This document shows, one piece after another, positions 28,990-42,805 of a stretch of DNA of 64,000 nt. This stretch comes from Eledone cirrhosa (taxonomy: Eukaryota). Below the pieces are notes generated by a model. It searched no databases and was not told the DNA's origin. It saw nothing but the letters and a program-made list of their open reading frames with translations. Position 1 is the stretch's first letter; each line of letters opens with the position of its first letter. Both the position numbers and the translations under genes were made by a program. The stretch is from the NCBI GenBank assembly GCA_964016885.1, contig OZ024763.1, positions 13,082,001-13,146,000 of the forward strand, written 5' to 3'.

Positions 28990-30130
28990 CCACCCCTGCT
29001 CACTACACAGTCCTCCTCCACCCCTGCTCACTACACAGTTCTCCTCCACCCCTGCTCACTACACTGCCCTCCTCCACCCCTGCTCACTACACAGCCCTCC
29101 TCCACCCCTGCTCACTACACTGCCCTCCTCCACCCCTGCTCACTACACAGCCCGCCTCCACCCCTGCTCACTACACAGTCCGCCTCCACCCCTGCTCACT
29201 ACACAGTTCTCCTCCACCCTGCTCATACACAGCCCTCCTCCACCCCTGCTCACTACACAGTTCTCCTCCACCCCTGCTCACTACACAGTTCTCCTCCACC
29301 CCTGCTCACTACACAGTCCGCCTCCACCCCTGCTCACTACACAGTCCTCCTCCACCCCTGCTCACTACACAGTCCGCCTCCACCCCTGCTCACTACACAG
29401 CCCGCCTCCACCCCTGCTCACTACACAGTCCTCCTCCACCCCTGCTCACTACACAGTCCTCCTCCACCCCTGCTCACTACACTGCCCTCCTCCACCCCTG
29501 CTCACTACACAGCCCTCCTCCACCCCTGCTCACTACACTGCCCTCCTCCACCCCTGCTCACTACACAGCCCTCCTCCACCCCTGCTCACTACACAGTTCT
29601 CCTCCACCCCTGATCACTACACAGTCCTCCTCCACCCCTGCTCACTACACAGTCCGCCTCCACCCCTTCTCACTACACTGCCCTCCTCCACCCCTGCTCA
29701 CTACACAGTCCTCCTCCACCCCTGCTCACTACACAGTCCGCCTCCACCCCTGCTCACTACACAGTCCGCCTCCACCCCTTCTCACTACACTGCCCTCCTC
29801 CACCCCTGCTCACTACACAGTCCTCCTCCACCCCTGCTCACTACACTGCCCTCCTCCACCCCTGCTCACTACACAGTCCTCCTCCACCCCTGCTCACTAC
29901 ACAGTCCGCCTCCACCCCTTCTCACTACACTGCCCTCCTCCACCCCTGCTCACTACACAGTCCGCCTCCACCCCTGCTCACTACACTGCCCTCCTCCACC
30001 CCTGCTCACTACACTGCCCTCCTCCACCCCTGCTCACTACACAGTCCGCCTCCACCCCTGCTCACTACACTGTCCTCCTCCACCCCTGCTCACTACACTG
30101 TCCTCCTCGAACCCTGCTCACTACACAGCC
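28990..30130. repeat. 28-bp minisatellite, about 40 copies
   Basis: Unit ctccacccctgctcactacacagtcctc. Confidence 0.95.
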
Positions 30131-30596
30131 CCCACCGCACCACAGCCCTCCTCCATCCCTGCTCACTACCCCCCCCCCCCCCCCTCTACCCCCCGCACTG
30201 GCCCACTGCCCCCCATCCCTCCTCACACCCCTGGCCCACTACACCTCACCACACCACAGCCCACCCCCACCCCGGGCCCACTACACAGCCCTCCTCCACC
30301 CCTTGCCCACCACACCACACCACACCACAGCCCTCCTCCACCCACACCACAGCCCCACCCGACCACCAAACACTATCTTCCCAGTGTAATCACATGTTGC
30401 CGTAACTACAGCCTTACACTACTTGGGGCACCATTTGTAACTCAAGAACTATCTTTCCTATCATCCACAAACTCTCCCCCCCCCCCCCAGTGCTGCTCCC
30501 CACCTCAGTTGAACATCCTAACAGCATATCTCATTAGTTTTAAATCATAGGTAAATATGTGTGTGTGTGTGTATGTGTGTATAGATTTCGCTACTT

Positions 30597-31020
30597 TCTA
30601 CTCTCACCCCTCTTTCTTCCCCTCCCTATCTACTCCCACCCCTCTTTCTTCCCCTCCCTTTCTCTCTATCTACTCCCACCCCTCTTTCTCCCCCTCCCTA
30701 TCTACTCTTACCCCACTTTCTTCCCCTCCCTTTCTCCCTATCTACTCTCACCCCTCTTTCTTCCCCTCCCTATCTACTCTTACCCCACTTTCTTCCCCTC
30801 CCTTTCTCCCTATCTACTCCCACCCCTCTTTCTCCCCCTCCCTATCTACTCTTACCCCACTTTCTTCCCCTCCCTTTTTCCCTATTTACTCTCACCCCTC
30901 TTTCTCCACCTCCCCATCTACTCTCACCCCTCTTTCTTCCGCTCCCCATCTACTCTCACCCCTCTTTCTTCCCCTCCCCATCTACTCCCACCCCTCTTTA
31001 TTCCCCTCCCTTTCTCCCCC
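30597..31020. repeat. Pyrimidine-rich minisatellite
   Basis: Unit about ctatctactctcacccctctttcttcccctcc. Confidence 0.9.
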
Positions 31021-31499
31021 TCGTCTGACCGTTTACCAGTTCTCCCCTCACTCACAACTGCGGCGATCTGACGTGGATCCCTCTCCTTCCTCTCGACCAC
31101 TCAGTCTCCAACTTAAGTTCTCTTATCGAGTGGTCTTCGATGTCCTACCTATAGTTGCTCGCACATTGCTCGGTTTGTTGTTGTTTTCGCTGTTTTGTTA
31201 CTGTCTTCTCTTTTCTTCCCCTTTGCTTTCCTTCCCTCCTTCCTCCGTTTTCCCAATAACTTACCCAGTTTTTTAACGCCCTGGGCAGTAGATATCTTGT
31301 CTTTAAAGCGTAGAAATATCCGAGACCCCCAGTAGACAACTGATGAGGAAAACTCCCCCCCCCCCCTTGTTCTTGCTTTCTTTGTATTCCCACTGCATTT
31401 TAAGTTACCTTAAATAGCAACTACACAGCCATTTCTATTCTCCATATATTTCATTATGTATATATATATACACGTTATGTATATATATAGACACACACA

Positions 31500-31757
31500 C
31501 AGAAACAAGATGGCGTAGGACAGAACAAAGGAGAGGCACAAAAACAAAGAAAAGAATCCCCAGTCACTGAAGAGGTCACAGAATGTGTGACGAAAGAACT
31601 TTGACAATATATAAACAACCATCTGGTTGTGGAACCAACCAACCAACCGGAAATTTATAAATTCCTAAATTTATAAATTTATTATAATAAATTGAAGTGA
31701 AAGCAACTGGTGCGTGTGTTTCTTATTGGCAACATGACCCTCCCAAAGTATAACAAT
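31500..31757 (+). mobile_element. Penelope-like remnant (family F) with hammerhead
   Basis: Relatives at 54182-54336 (starts at the ribozyme cleavage region) and 10615-10765 plus 11610-11707. Confidence 0.6.
31563..31605 (+). ncRNA. Minimal hammerhead ribozyme
   Basis: gtca CTGAAGA g gtcaca-gaatg-tgtgac GAAA gaac TT tgac. Confidence 0.65.
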
Positions 31758-31761
31758 ATAT

Positions 31762-31817
<56 letters not shown>

Positions 31818-31894
31818 ATACACATGTACATATGTATGTACATGTATATGTGTATATACATGGGTGCATGTGTGTGTATATGCGCGGAGACATA

Positions 31895-32205
31895 GAAATA
31901 ATCGGGCTGGACACCCAATCGTGCGGTTAAACCACTGGGAGTGAAGGACCCCTAGCCTTTGTCAGGGCATTCTTCTAGGAGAAGGCAACTCAGGAAACTG
32001 GGAAAACTCCGATATAAAACCTGTGGCTCAGTAGTTACCGATGATGTTGATCTTTTCTTCTTTTCGGGTTATAGCTACTGTCTCTCAGAGAGTGTGATTG
32101 GCTCAGTGCACAGTCTTTCTTCACCTTAAAAAATATCTTCACGCACAGGCATTGCACGATAGAATTAATTAATACTTATTAATAATGGTATAACGTGCAA
32201 TGGCC
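31895..32205 (+). mobile_element. Possible RTE 5'-UTR-like repeat ending in a hairpin
   Basis: ctaggagaaggcaactc..aaaactccgatataaaacc resembles RTE 5' UTR motifs as recalled, not searched. Confidence 0.35.
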
Positions 32206-32346
32206 ATTATCACATATATATATATATGTGTGTGTATGTATGTATATATATATATATATATATGTGTGTGTATGATGTGTGTTTGCGTGTATGCATATAT
32301 ATATATACAGATATAACTTTGTCACACACACACACACATATATATA

Positions 32347-32957
32347 TCATCATCATCATCATCTTCGTTTAACGTCTATCTTCCACGCTAGCATGGGTTA
32401 GATGGGAGTTGTCCCACTTGAGGCAAGGCTGGTCGGGTGACCGTGTCTCGCTCATATAGGACTATCTGGAAGGTTTTCTACGGCTGGATGCCCTTCCTAA
32501 CACCAACCACATTTACAGTGTGGAACTGGGAACTTTTTACCGTGTTACCTACATGGCCACATTACAGCGTGGACTGTGTGTTTTTTTTGTTGTGACACCT
32601 ACACGATCTCGATCTCATTATCTCGTGCTGTTGGTGGGAGGATAGGGTAGTGGATTGGGGTGTATATTTGGTTAAGAGGTGCCTACTGACTATGTTTCGC
32701 TTTGTACATAGGCAAGGTAGGTCTTCTGTATTACTGCGTAGCGCCAAAGATCTGGGTCAAGAGACATTGTCTTAAAGGGGTGTAAGTGTTTAAGGTCGGA
32801 ATTTATCAGATCATCCCAGGTTTTTCTGGGTCTACCTACTCCGTAACTACCATCAATTTTGATCGCCCTGCACTTTTTTATGCAGCTGTCGTCTTTCATG
32901 CACATCACGTGACCATACCAACGTAGTCTTCTCTCAAGTAAACAGCATCTGATCCCT
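32347..32957 (-). mobile_element. RTE family 2 3' fragment with complete 3' UTR
   Basis: RRLRWYGHV..GRPRKTWDD, then UTR modules and (GAT)n tail. Confidence 0.88.
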
Positions 32958-33081
32958 CATATATATATATAACCACATCACTCCCCCACCACCAACAGCA
33001 ACCACTCCCCCAACCACCACCACTGCCACCAACAACAACCACATCACTCCCCCACCATATATATATATATATATATACACA

Positions 33082-33425
33082 TGGAGGCACATGGCTTAGT
33101 GGTTAGAGCATTGGCCTTGCAATCGAAAGGTTGTGAGTTCAATTCTCGGACCAGGTGATGTGTTGTTTCCTTGAGCAAGACACTTTATTTCACATTGCTC
33201 CAGTTTACTCAGCTGTAGAAATGAGATGATAGGGACTGGGGTCTCTATCATTCCACTGCAAAGTGGTCGTGGAGGTGCCACGGAAAAAAAGCACCCAGCA
33301 CTCACTGTAAATGAGGTTGGTGTTAGGAAGGGCATCCAGCTGTAGAAATCAAGCCAGAATCAGTTCCCGTCCCACCCTTGCAAGCAGGGAAAAAGCGGAC
33401 GTAAAATGAAATGATGAAATGATGA
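33082..33425 (+). mobile_element. tRNA-CORE SINE (full length)
   Basis: Same family as 8709-9050. Confidence 0.9.
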
Positions 33426-33784
33426 CATCTGTATTTATACAGATATAACTTTGTCACACACACATATATATATATATATATATGTAAAAGGTAAGCAGTA
33501 TAAACAACACTGGCATTGCCCACAACAGGACAACCTGTCTAACCCATGCTAGCATGGAGACATCAACATAAAATGGTGATGATGATGATGAGAGGCCACA
33601 ATGATGGTACAGATTATATTAGAGGCAGCCAGGGGTAATCCCCTTCTAGTTAGGGACACAATGTATACATCTAATTATTTCCACAATGTACTTCATTAAC
33701 AATCAATTAATTACATAAATTAATTTCATTAATTAAGCAATTATTTCACAAAACTGACATTAACATTCTTGATATCATCTCTCT

Positions 33785-34825
33785 GATATCATCATCATCA
33801 TCATCATCATTGTTATCATCATCATCATCATCATTATAATCATTGTTATCATCATCATCATCATTATTATCATATTCATTGCCATCATCATCATCATTAT
33901 TATCATCATTGTCAGCACTACCACCACACCATCATCTACACTACCAGCACCAACACCCCCCACAATCATCATCATCATCAACACTACAACTACCACCAAC
34001 AGAAACCACTCCCCCCAACCACCACCGCCACTGCCACCAACAACAACCACATCACTCCCCCACCACCAACAACAACCACTCCCCAACCACCACGACCGCT
34101 ACCACCAACAACAACAACCTCATCACTCCCCCACCACCAACAGAAACCACTCCCCCAACCACCACCACCACCACCACTGCCACCAACAACAACCACATCA
34201 CTCCCCCACCACCAACAGCAACCACTCCCCAACCACCACCACCACCAACAACAACCACATCACTCCCCCACCTCCAACAACAACCACTCCCCAACCACCA
34301 CCACCACCAACAACAACCACATCACTCCCCCACCACCAACAGCAACCACTCCCCAACCACCACCACCACCAACAACAACCACATCACTCCCCCACCACCA
34401 ACAGCAACCACTCCCCAACCACCACCACCACCAACAACAACCACATCACTCCCCCACCTCCAACAACAACCACATCACTCCCCCACCACCAACAGAAACC
34501 ACTCCCCCAACCACCACCACCACCACCACTAACAACAACCACATCACCCCCCCCCCCCACCACCAACAACTACATCATTCCCCCACCACCAAGAACAACC
34601 ACATCACTCCCCCACCTCCACCACCACCAACCACATCACTCCCCCACCTCCACCACCACCAACCACATCACTCCCCCACCACCAACAGCAACCACTCCCC
34701 AACCACCACCACCACCACTGCCACCAACGACAACCTCATCACCCCCCCTCCCCACCATCAACCCCCCCCCCCACCACCATTATCAGTATTATCAGCATTA
34801 TTATCTTCCTCATCACCATCAGCAA
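33785..34825. repeat. (ATC)n and ACC-rich minisatellite
   Basis: Unit about ccacatcactcccccaccaccaacagcaaccactccccaacc. Confidence 0.9.
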
Positions 34826-34898
34826 TGAAATGTAGAAATTAGATAGATATGATAAGAAACCACAGTTACATGGCACAACAACAACAACAACAACAACA

Positions 34899-35197
34899 AT
34901 GGTTTCTTATATAGGCACGAGGCCAGCAATTTTGGGGGAGGGGAAAGTCGATTAAATCGACCCCAGTGTGTGACTGGTACTTTATTTTAAATGGCACAAT
35001 AATAATAAAAATTGTTTCTACTTTAGGCACAAGGCCAGCAATTACCCAGTGCATTACTGGTACCTTATTTTATCAACCCCGTAAGGATGAAAGGCAAAGT
35101 TAACCTCGGCGGGATTCGAACTCAGAATGGCAAGGGCCGTAACTCTATACGTCAAAGCATGGCGTCCGACCCTCTACCAATACTGCCAATCCACCAC
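34899..35197 (-). mobile_element. Third SINE family (tRNA head, two tails)
   Basis: Minus-strand B box GAGTTCGAATCC; body gcctttcatcc..ggggttgataaaataaggtaccag. Other copies at 35887-35998, 42340-42541, 48896-49351, 50715-50870(+) and 56945-57128. Confidence 0.8.
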
Positions 35198-35214
35198 GAT
35201 AATAATATTAATAA

Positions 35215-35859
35215 TGATTTCTTTATTGGCCACAAGGGCTGACATCAAGAAAAACATTACAGACGGTACAGGACGTCACAGGACGGCACAGGACGGTACA
35301 ATGTGGGTTTGGTGTGTGTAAAGATTTGTATTATTTATATAAGAAACGAAAAAGAAAAAAAAAGACATAGAAACATATATATATATATAAACAATATAAA
35401 TGAAAATTGAAACAATGAAAAATTCCCCAATAGGGGGGGAACCTCTGAGGGTTACTCGTGGCGAAAACCACACAAAAGACCACGGCCACCCTGACCACCA
35501 GGGCAAGCGCCCTCTCTCAATTTTTCCATTCCTCAAACTACAGGCATATATTCAGAGCGGTGCCCTTCACTCGGACCATTCTCGCTACATTCACCCACCT
35601 TTCAACAAACTTGCTAGAGGGCAGCACTTGCCTCTCCACCCTGATTTTCCTCTTCAAGTAAAACTTGCAAAAGTTAATGAGGGATTGGCCGAAGAGGAAA
35701 GTGTCCGTCTTTAACCCTTTCAACCTTGTCCACCACACAATCTCTTTCGCCATGGCCACCAGGCAGATGAAAACCGCCTGCCCTTCCTCCTCGAAGGAAG
35801 ACAGCGAGACCATCTGCACAATGGACTCAGTCGATAACCGGATCGGTCCCACACGCGAC
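35215..35859 (-). mobile_element. Tx1/L1-like non-LTR 3' end
   Basis: C-terminal ORF ..AMAKEIVWWTR..FVERW; 3' UTR ending cttgtggccAATAAAgaaatc; second copy at 41529-42315. Confidence 0.65.
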
Positions 35860-35999
35860 AATAATAGTAATGATTTCTATAATAACTGTTTCTACATTTT
35901 GGCACAAGGCTAACCTCGGCGGGATTTGAACTCAGACCACAAAGGGACATAACTCTATGTTGCCAAGCATGGCGTCCGACCCTCTACCGATACTGCTAA

Positions 36000-36590
36000 A
36001 AAGAATATATCCGCAGACATGATAGAGTTGGAATTTACATACACTGGAAGTTATGAGAACATTATGTAATACCAACAGAAAAAATGTGGTACAAACATAC
36101 ACCAGCAGAGGTGTCAGAGAAGTTTACAACAACAATACTGTGGGATATTCCAATACACACAGACAGGGAGATCAAAGCTAACAGACCAGATATTATAGGC
36201 AAAGACCACACACAAAAACTAAATAAGAGAGTCGATCGACTTTCGTCAAATTGGACCGAGGAAACAATGTTTCCGTCGGTCTTTCCAATTGCTAGTACTA
36301 TCTATCGGTCGCAACTCCAGGTAGAAGGAGCAACGTGAAATAAAGTGTCTTGCTCAAGGACATAACGCATCACAGTCGGTCCAGGAATCGAACTCACAAC
36401 CTCACGATTGCGTATCCAATTCTCTAACCACTCAGCCACACGCCTTCACAAACTAAATAAATAAATGTCTTTTAATTGATGTATCAATCTCCACAGATGA
36501 TAATATATCTATCAAGGAAACATCTAAATATAAAGATCTAGAGATTGAAATAAACCAAATGTGGATGAAACAAACTTTTAACAATCGGTG
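36000..36590 (+). mobile_element. R4/Dong-like restriction-like endonuclease fragment (pseudogene) split by a SINE
   Basis: WYKHTP..ILWDIPIHTDREIKANRPDII..CLLIDVS..KYKDLEIEI..MW. Confidence 0.8.
36227..36449 (-). mobile_element. Second tRNA-CORE-like SINE family
   Basis: A box TGGCTGAGTGG, B box GTTCGATTCC; TSD aaactaaataa at 36216-36226/36450-36460. Confidence 0.85.
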
Positions 36591-36659
36591 CTCTGGGAAA
36601 CACAGACATACATAACCAGTGATGGTGATGGTGATGATGATGATAATAATGAAAGTGTC

Positions 36660-36998
36660 GGTCCTGTGCCATCGCCTTTGAGAGGTGCAATTGGGCAAGG
36701 TCAGCTTTCATCACCTCGTCCCAGGTCTTCTTCTGTCTCTCCACTCCAAGGCTTCCACTCGACTTTTAGTGGTCCACACCTTTTTATGCAGCTGTCATCC
36801 TTCATATGCATTACATGTCCATACCAACGCAACCTCCTCTCCTGCACACAGCATTTGATTCCTCTTATGCTTAGTCCCTCTCTTAATTCATTCATGCTTT
36901 GCCGTTCACGTATATTACTATTACACATCCATCGGAGCATGCAAGCTTTGTTTCTTTCTAATCTACACAAGTCTTCTGCACACAACGCCCAGGTCTCA
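36660..36998 (-). mobile_element. RTE family 2 RT fragment
   Basis: LERNKACMLRWMC..ERRLRWYGHV. Confidence 0.88.
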
Positions 36999-37386
36999 CA
37001 TCATCATCATCATTTTACGTCCGCTTTTTCCCTGCTCGCAAGGGTGGGACGGGAACTGATTCTGGCTTGATTTCTACAGCTGGATGCCCTTCCTAACATC
37101 AACCTCATTTACAGTGAGTGCTGGGTGCTTTTTTTCCATGGCGCCTACACGTCCATTTTACAGTGTGGGCCGGGTGCTTTTTTGCCGTGACACCTCCACG
37201 ACCTCTTTGCAGTGGAATGATAGGGACCCCAGTCCCTATCATCTCATTTCTACAGCTGAGCAAACTGGAGCAATGTGAAATAAAGTGTCTTGCTCAAGGA
37301 AACTACACATCACCCGGTCTAAGAATTGAACTCACAACCTTTTGATTGGAAGGCCAATGCTCTAACCACTAAGCCATGTGCCTCCA
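36999..37386 (-). mobile_element. tRNA-CORE SINE (full length, duplicated UTR module)
   Basis: Same family as 8709-9050. Confidence 0.9.
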
Positions 37387-37534
37387 TATACATATATATA
37401 AACAGACACACTTAGAAAAAATAATTATTACATACACACACATCTGTGCGATGACTGAGGAAGGAAGGGGACGGGAAACTATAGAAGTCCAGCGTTCTAA
37501 GATTCGTCACTGCTATGTGTATATATGTGTAGCA

Positions 37535-38012
37535 TTGGCTGTGTGTTTGTATGTTTGTATCACTTGTGTGAGTGAGTGAAAAAGAACCAACAAACCAACC
37601 AAACTACCAACAAACAAACAAATATCTCTTTTTTTACATTATGTATAGATATTACAATTAGCTGCCATTTTGACGACACGAGGCCAGTTGGCTGTGTGTT
37701 TGTATGTTTGTATCACTTGTGTGAGTGAGTGCAAAGGAACCAACAAACCAACCAAACTACCAACGAACCAACAAACAAACAAACATCTCTTTTTTTTACA
37801 TTATGTATAGATATTACAATTAGCTGCCATTTTGACGACACGAGGCCAGTTGGCTGTGTGTTTGTATGTTTGTATCACTTGTGTGAGTGAGTGCAAAGGA
37901 TCCAACCAGCCAACCAAACTCCCAACAAACCAACAAACAAACAAATATCTCTTTTTTTATATTATGTATAGTTATTACAATTAGCTGCCATTTTGACAGC
38001 ACGGGGCCAGTA
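37535..38012. repeat. Tandem repeat, 3 units of about 153-162 bp
   Basis: Units start ttggctgtgtg at about 37535, 37688 and 37850. Confidence 0.9.
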
Positions 38013-38189
38013 GATAATGATGATAATCCCAGTAAAATCTATCTAATCACATTATCTTGTGTTATTAAGTCAGGAGAAAATTCCTTTCTAAAAAAATGTT
38101 TGTGGCACATTGCTGTTGTTACTGATGTTTTTGTTGTTGGGGGCTTTCGTTATTTTTGTTGTTGTTGATGCAAGGGATTTTGTTGTTGT

Positions 38190-41100
38190 TGTTATTGGTG
38201 GTGGTGGTGGTGGTTATTGCTTTTCAATATTAATGTGGAGGTGGTGGTGCTGGCTATGGTGTTGGTGGTAGCGATGATGGTGGTGGTGGTGGTGGAAATG
38301 GTTGTAGTGATAATGGTGACATTGTAAGGGAATGCAATAAAGAAACCACCACTACGACTGTAGCCACTACAACTACTGCCACCACCACGACTGTAGCCCC
38401 TACCACTACTGCCACCACCACCACTACGACTAGCCACTACAACTACTGCCACCACCACCACTACGAATGTAGCCCCTACCACTACTGCCACCACCACCAC
38501 CACTACGACTGTAGCCACTACCACTACTGCCACCACCACCACCACTACGACTGTAGCCACTACCACTACTGCCACCACCACCACCACCACTACGACTGTA
38601 GCCACTACCACTACTGCCACCACCACCACGACTGTAGCCCCTACCACTACTGCCACCACCACCACTACGACTGTAGCCCCTACCACTACTGCCACCACCA
38701 CCACCACTACGACTGTAGCCACTACAACTACTGCCACCACCACCACTACGACTGTAGCCACTACAACTACTGCCACCACCACCACCACCACTATGACTGT
38801 AGCCACTACCATTGCTGTCACTACTAGCAGCACAACCAGCCACTTCCCTCACAACCATTCACCAGCCAGACAACAACCATACATCATCTACCACCGATAC
38901 CACCAACACCAATGCTACCACCATTAATACCCCCACCACCGACACCACCACCACAACCACCATACCACCACCACCGACACCACCACTACCACCACCATCA
39001 CCACACCACCACCACTACAACCACCGACACCACTACCACATACCACCAACACCATCACTGCCACATACCACCAACACCACCACACCACCATCACCACGCC
39101 ACCACCACTACCGACACCACTACCACCAACACCATCACTGCCACATACCACCAACACCACCACACCACCATCACCACGCCACCACCACTACCGACACCAC
39201 TACCACAAACACCATCACTGCCACATACCACCAACACCACCACACCACCATCACCACACCACCACCACTACCACCACCGACACCACTACCACATACCACC
39301 AACACCATCACTGCCACATACCACCAACACAACCACCATCACCACAACCACAACCACAACCACCACCACCACCACTATCACCAGCAATTGATATCCGATC
39401 TTCAGTGAATAGAGGTAATGATATCAAATGTTGAAATAACTCAAAGATATGGCATTATCACTGACTACAACAACATCTTCTGCTACAACAACAACTTCAG
39501 CTACATCTTCAACAACAACAAGAACAACAACTGTAGCTACAGCAACAACAACAATGACAACTGTAACAACAACAACTGCAACTACAACATCTTCAACAAC
39601 AACAACAACTGTCAGCATCATCAACAAAAACGACTGCAGCTACAACAACAACAATAACAACTACAGTAACAATAACAGCCACAATAACAACTACAGTAAC
39701 AGCAACAGTAACAATAACAGCAACAGCTACAACATCTACAACAACAATAACAACACCACCATCTCAACCATCAACAACATTACAACCACCAATACCACAA
39801 CAGCAACAACACCACTGGTCACTAACAACATCACAACCATCAACAACAACAACAACATCACAACCACCACCAATAACCAATAACACCGTCACCAACAACA
39901 TCACAACCACCACCAACACCACCGGTCACCAACAACAACATCACAACCACCACCAACACCATCGGTCACCAACAACAACATCACAACCACCACCAACACC
40001 ACCGGTCACCAACAACAACATCACAACCACCACCAACACCATCGGTCACCAACAACAACATCACAACCACCACCAACACCACCGGTCACCAACAACAACA
40101 TCACAACCACCAACAGTCACCAACAACAACATCACAACCACCACCAACAACACCATCACCAACACCACAACCACTAACAAAAGTGCCCCTACCACCACCA
40201 CCACCACCACCACCACCAGCCACAACTACTACTACTACTACTACTACTACTACAATAAGTATTCCTGTTGATATGATCAACGGAACAGCCTACTCATGAA
40301 ATTAACATGTATCTGCCAACAACAACACCAACAACACCACCAACAACACCACCAACACTGCCAACAACACCACCAACACTGCCAACAACACCACCAACAC
40401 TGCCAACAAAAACAATACCAACACTGCCAACAACACTGCCGACAACAACAATACCAACACTGCCAACAACACCACCAACACTGCCAACAACAACACCACC
40501 AACACTGCCAACAACAATACCAACACTGCCAACAACACCACCAACAACAACAATACAAACAACACCACCAACACTGCCAACAACACTGTCAACAACAACA
40601 CCACCACCACCACCAACAACAACACCAACACTCCCAACAACAACAATACCAACAACACCACCAACACTGCCAACAACAATACCAACACTGCCAACAACAC
40701 CACCAACACTGCCAACAACAATACCACCAACAACACCAACAACAGCACCAACAACAACAACACTGCCAATAACAACAGCAACACTGCCAACAACAACAAG
40801 AAGACAATCACCACTTGAAGCCACCAATAAGGCAGCACTAAATTACAGCCCCTGCTCCCCCTCCCCCAGCTGTTCAGGCCCCTAACGCCTCCGCCACCAC
40901 CCCACCTACCATTCTAACATTTAACGGTAGATATATGATCTGATGCAGGGGGTGTATGGCGCCACACCTTAATAACTCCTTCTACACAACCAGCTCAGGT
41001 ATTTCTGTCATGTGAACTGTTGATGATGGTGGTGGTGGTGGGGGTGGGGGTGGGGGTGATGGGGGTGATGGTGGTGGGGGTGATGGTGATGGGGGTGATG

Positions 41101-41530
41101 GTGATGGGGGTGGTGGTGTTGGTGGTGGTGATGGTGGTGGGGGTGATGGTGATGGGGGTGATGGTGATGGGGGTGATGGTGGTGATGGTGGTGGTGGTGT
41201 TGGTGGTGGTGATGGTGGTGGTGATGATGGTGGTGATGGTGGTGGTGATGATGGTGGTGATGGTAGTGGTGGTGGTGATGGTAGTGGTGGTGGTGATGAT
41301 GGTGGTGGTGATGATGATGATGGTGGTGATGGTAATGGTGATGGGGGTGATGGTGGTGATGGTGTTGGTGGTGATGGTGGTGGTGGTGTTGGTGGTGGTG
41401 ATGATGGTGTTGGTGGTGGTGATGGTGTTGGTGGTGATGATGATGATGGTGGTGATGGTGATGATGATGGTGGTGATGATGATGGTGATGATGGTGGTGG
41501 TGATGATAATGGCGGTGATGATGGTGGTGA
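38190..41530. repeat. Series of ACC/AAC/GGT-rich minisatellites
   Basis: Directly visible; ORFs are low-complexity artefacts. Confidence 0.9.
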
Positions 41531-42315
41531 TTTCTTTATTCGCCACAAGGGTTAACATTAAGAAAACATTAGAACAGCACAGCACGAAAACACATTGTTT
41601 ACGTGGGTTTTACAAATGTGTGTGTATGTGTGTATGTGTGTGTGTGTGTTGGTGTGGGTTTTACATGTGTGTGTGTGTGTGTTGGTGTGGGTTTTACATG
41701 TGTGTGTGTGTGTGTGTGTTGGTATGGGTTTTGCATGTGTGTGTGTGTGTGTGTTGGTGTGGGTTTTACATGTGTGTGTATGTTGGTATGGGTTTTGCAT
41801 GTGTGTGTGTGTGTTGGTGTGGGTTTTACATGTGTGTGTGTGTGTGTGTTGGTGTGGGTTTTACATGTGTGTGTGTGTATTGCATGTGTGTGTGTGTGTT
41901 GGTGTGTGGGTTTTATGCGTAAATAGATTTAACAATAGTAAAAAGAAAGATAGTAAAAAGCATGTTAACAATGGGAATTCCTCAATAGGGAGGAGACATT
42001 TGAGGGTTGCTCGTAGAAAATACCCCAAAGAACTACAGGTGCCCTGTCCCAGTTGTCATCCTCTAATCTACAGGTGCACATTCAGAGTGGACCCATTCAC
42101 TCAGCCCATGCTTGCCTCTCTCACCCACCTTTCAACAAACTGGCTGGAAAGCAGCACTCCCCTCTCTACCCTGATTTTTCTCTTCAAGTGAGACCTGGAA
42201 AAGTTAATCAGGGCTTTGCCAAAAGGAAAGTGCTGGTCTTCAGCCCTTTCAGACGTGTTCTCCATACAACCTCTTTCGCCACCAGCCAAATAAAAACAGC
42301 CTGCCCTTCCTGACT
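41529..42315 (-). mobile_element. Tx1/L1-like non-LTR 3' end with expanded (TG)n satellite in the UTR
   Basis: Homologous to 35215-35859 (LKRKIRVER..FVERW). Confidence 0.65.
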
Positions 42316-42609
42316 CAAGGAAGGTGGTGGGTGATAAAAATGGTTTCTTTACTTAAGCCAAAGGCCAGCAATTTATGAGGAGGTGAAAGTTGAAGAAATC
42401 AACCCCCAATACTTGACTGGTACTTTATTTTATTGACCTCATAAATATAAAAGGCAACTTTGGTGGGATTTGAACTAAGAAGGGGTGGTGTAACTATATG
42501 CCACAAAGCATATTGTCCCACACACTAATGATTCTGCCAATAATAATTGTTTCAGGGAAAGTCAATTAAATCGACCCCAGTGAATTACTGGTATTTAACT
42601 TTAACGACC

Positions 42610-42805
42610 CGTATAAAGATTTGCTCATTGAAATTGAAAAAAATGCGGCATCTCAAGGTAGTTAGAATTGTAGGAGCACTGGGAAGGATCAAAAAAAGGA
42701 ATAGAAAATTATTTGAGAATGATCCCTGACTTATCATTATAAGAAGAGCAAAACATTGCTTTAACTGGTACAGTACACATATCGAGAAGAGCATTATCAC
42801 TGTGA
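42610..42805 (+). mobile_element. R4/Dong-like C-terminal fragment
   Basis: YKDLLIEIEKM..IVGALGRIKK across frames. Confidence 0.6.

Noticed and set aside
28899-30550. Pro/His-rich extensin-like ORFs
   Set aside because: The 28-bp unit cycles through frames; minisatellite artefact.
31340-31360. CTGATGAGGAAA hammerhead-like string
   Set aside because: No stem II or stem I pairing.
37450-37492. CTGAGGA..GAAA ctatag motif
   Set aside because: All-purine stem II region, no UH and no stem I.
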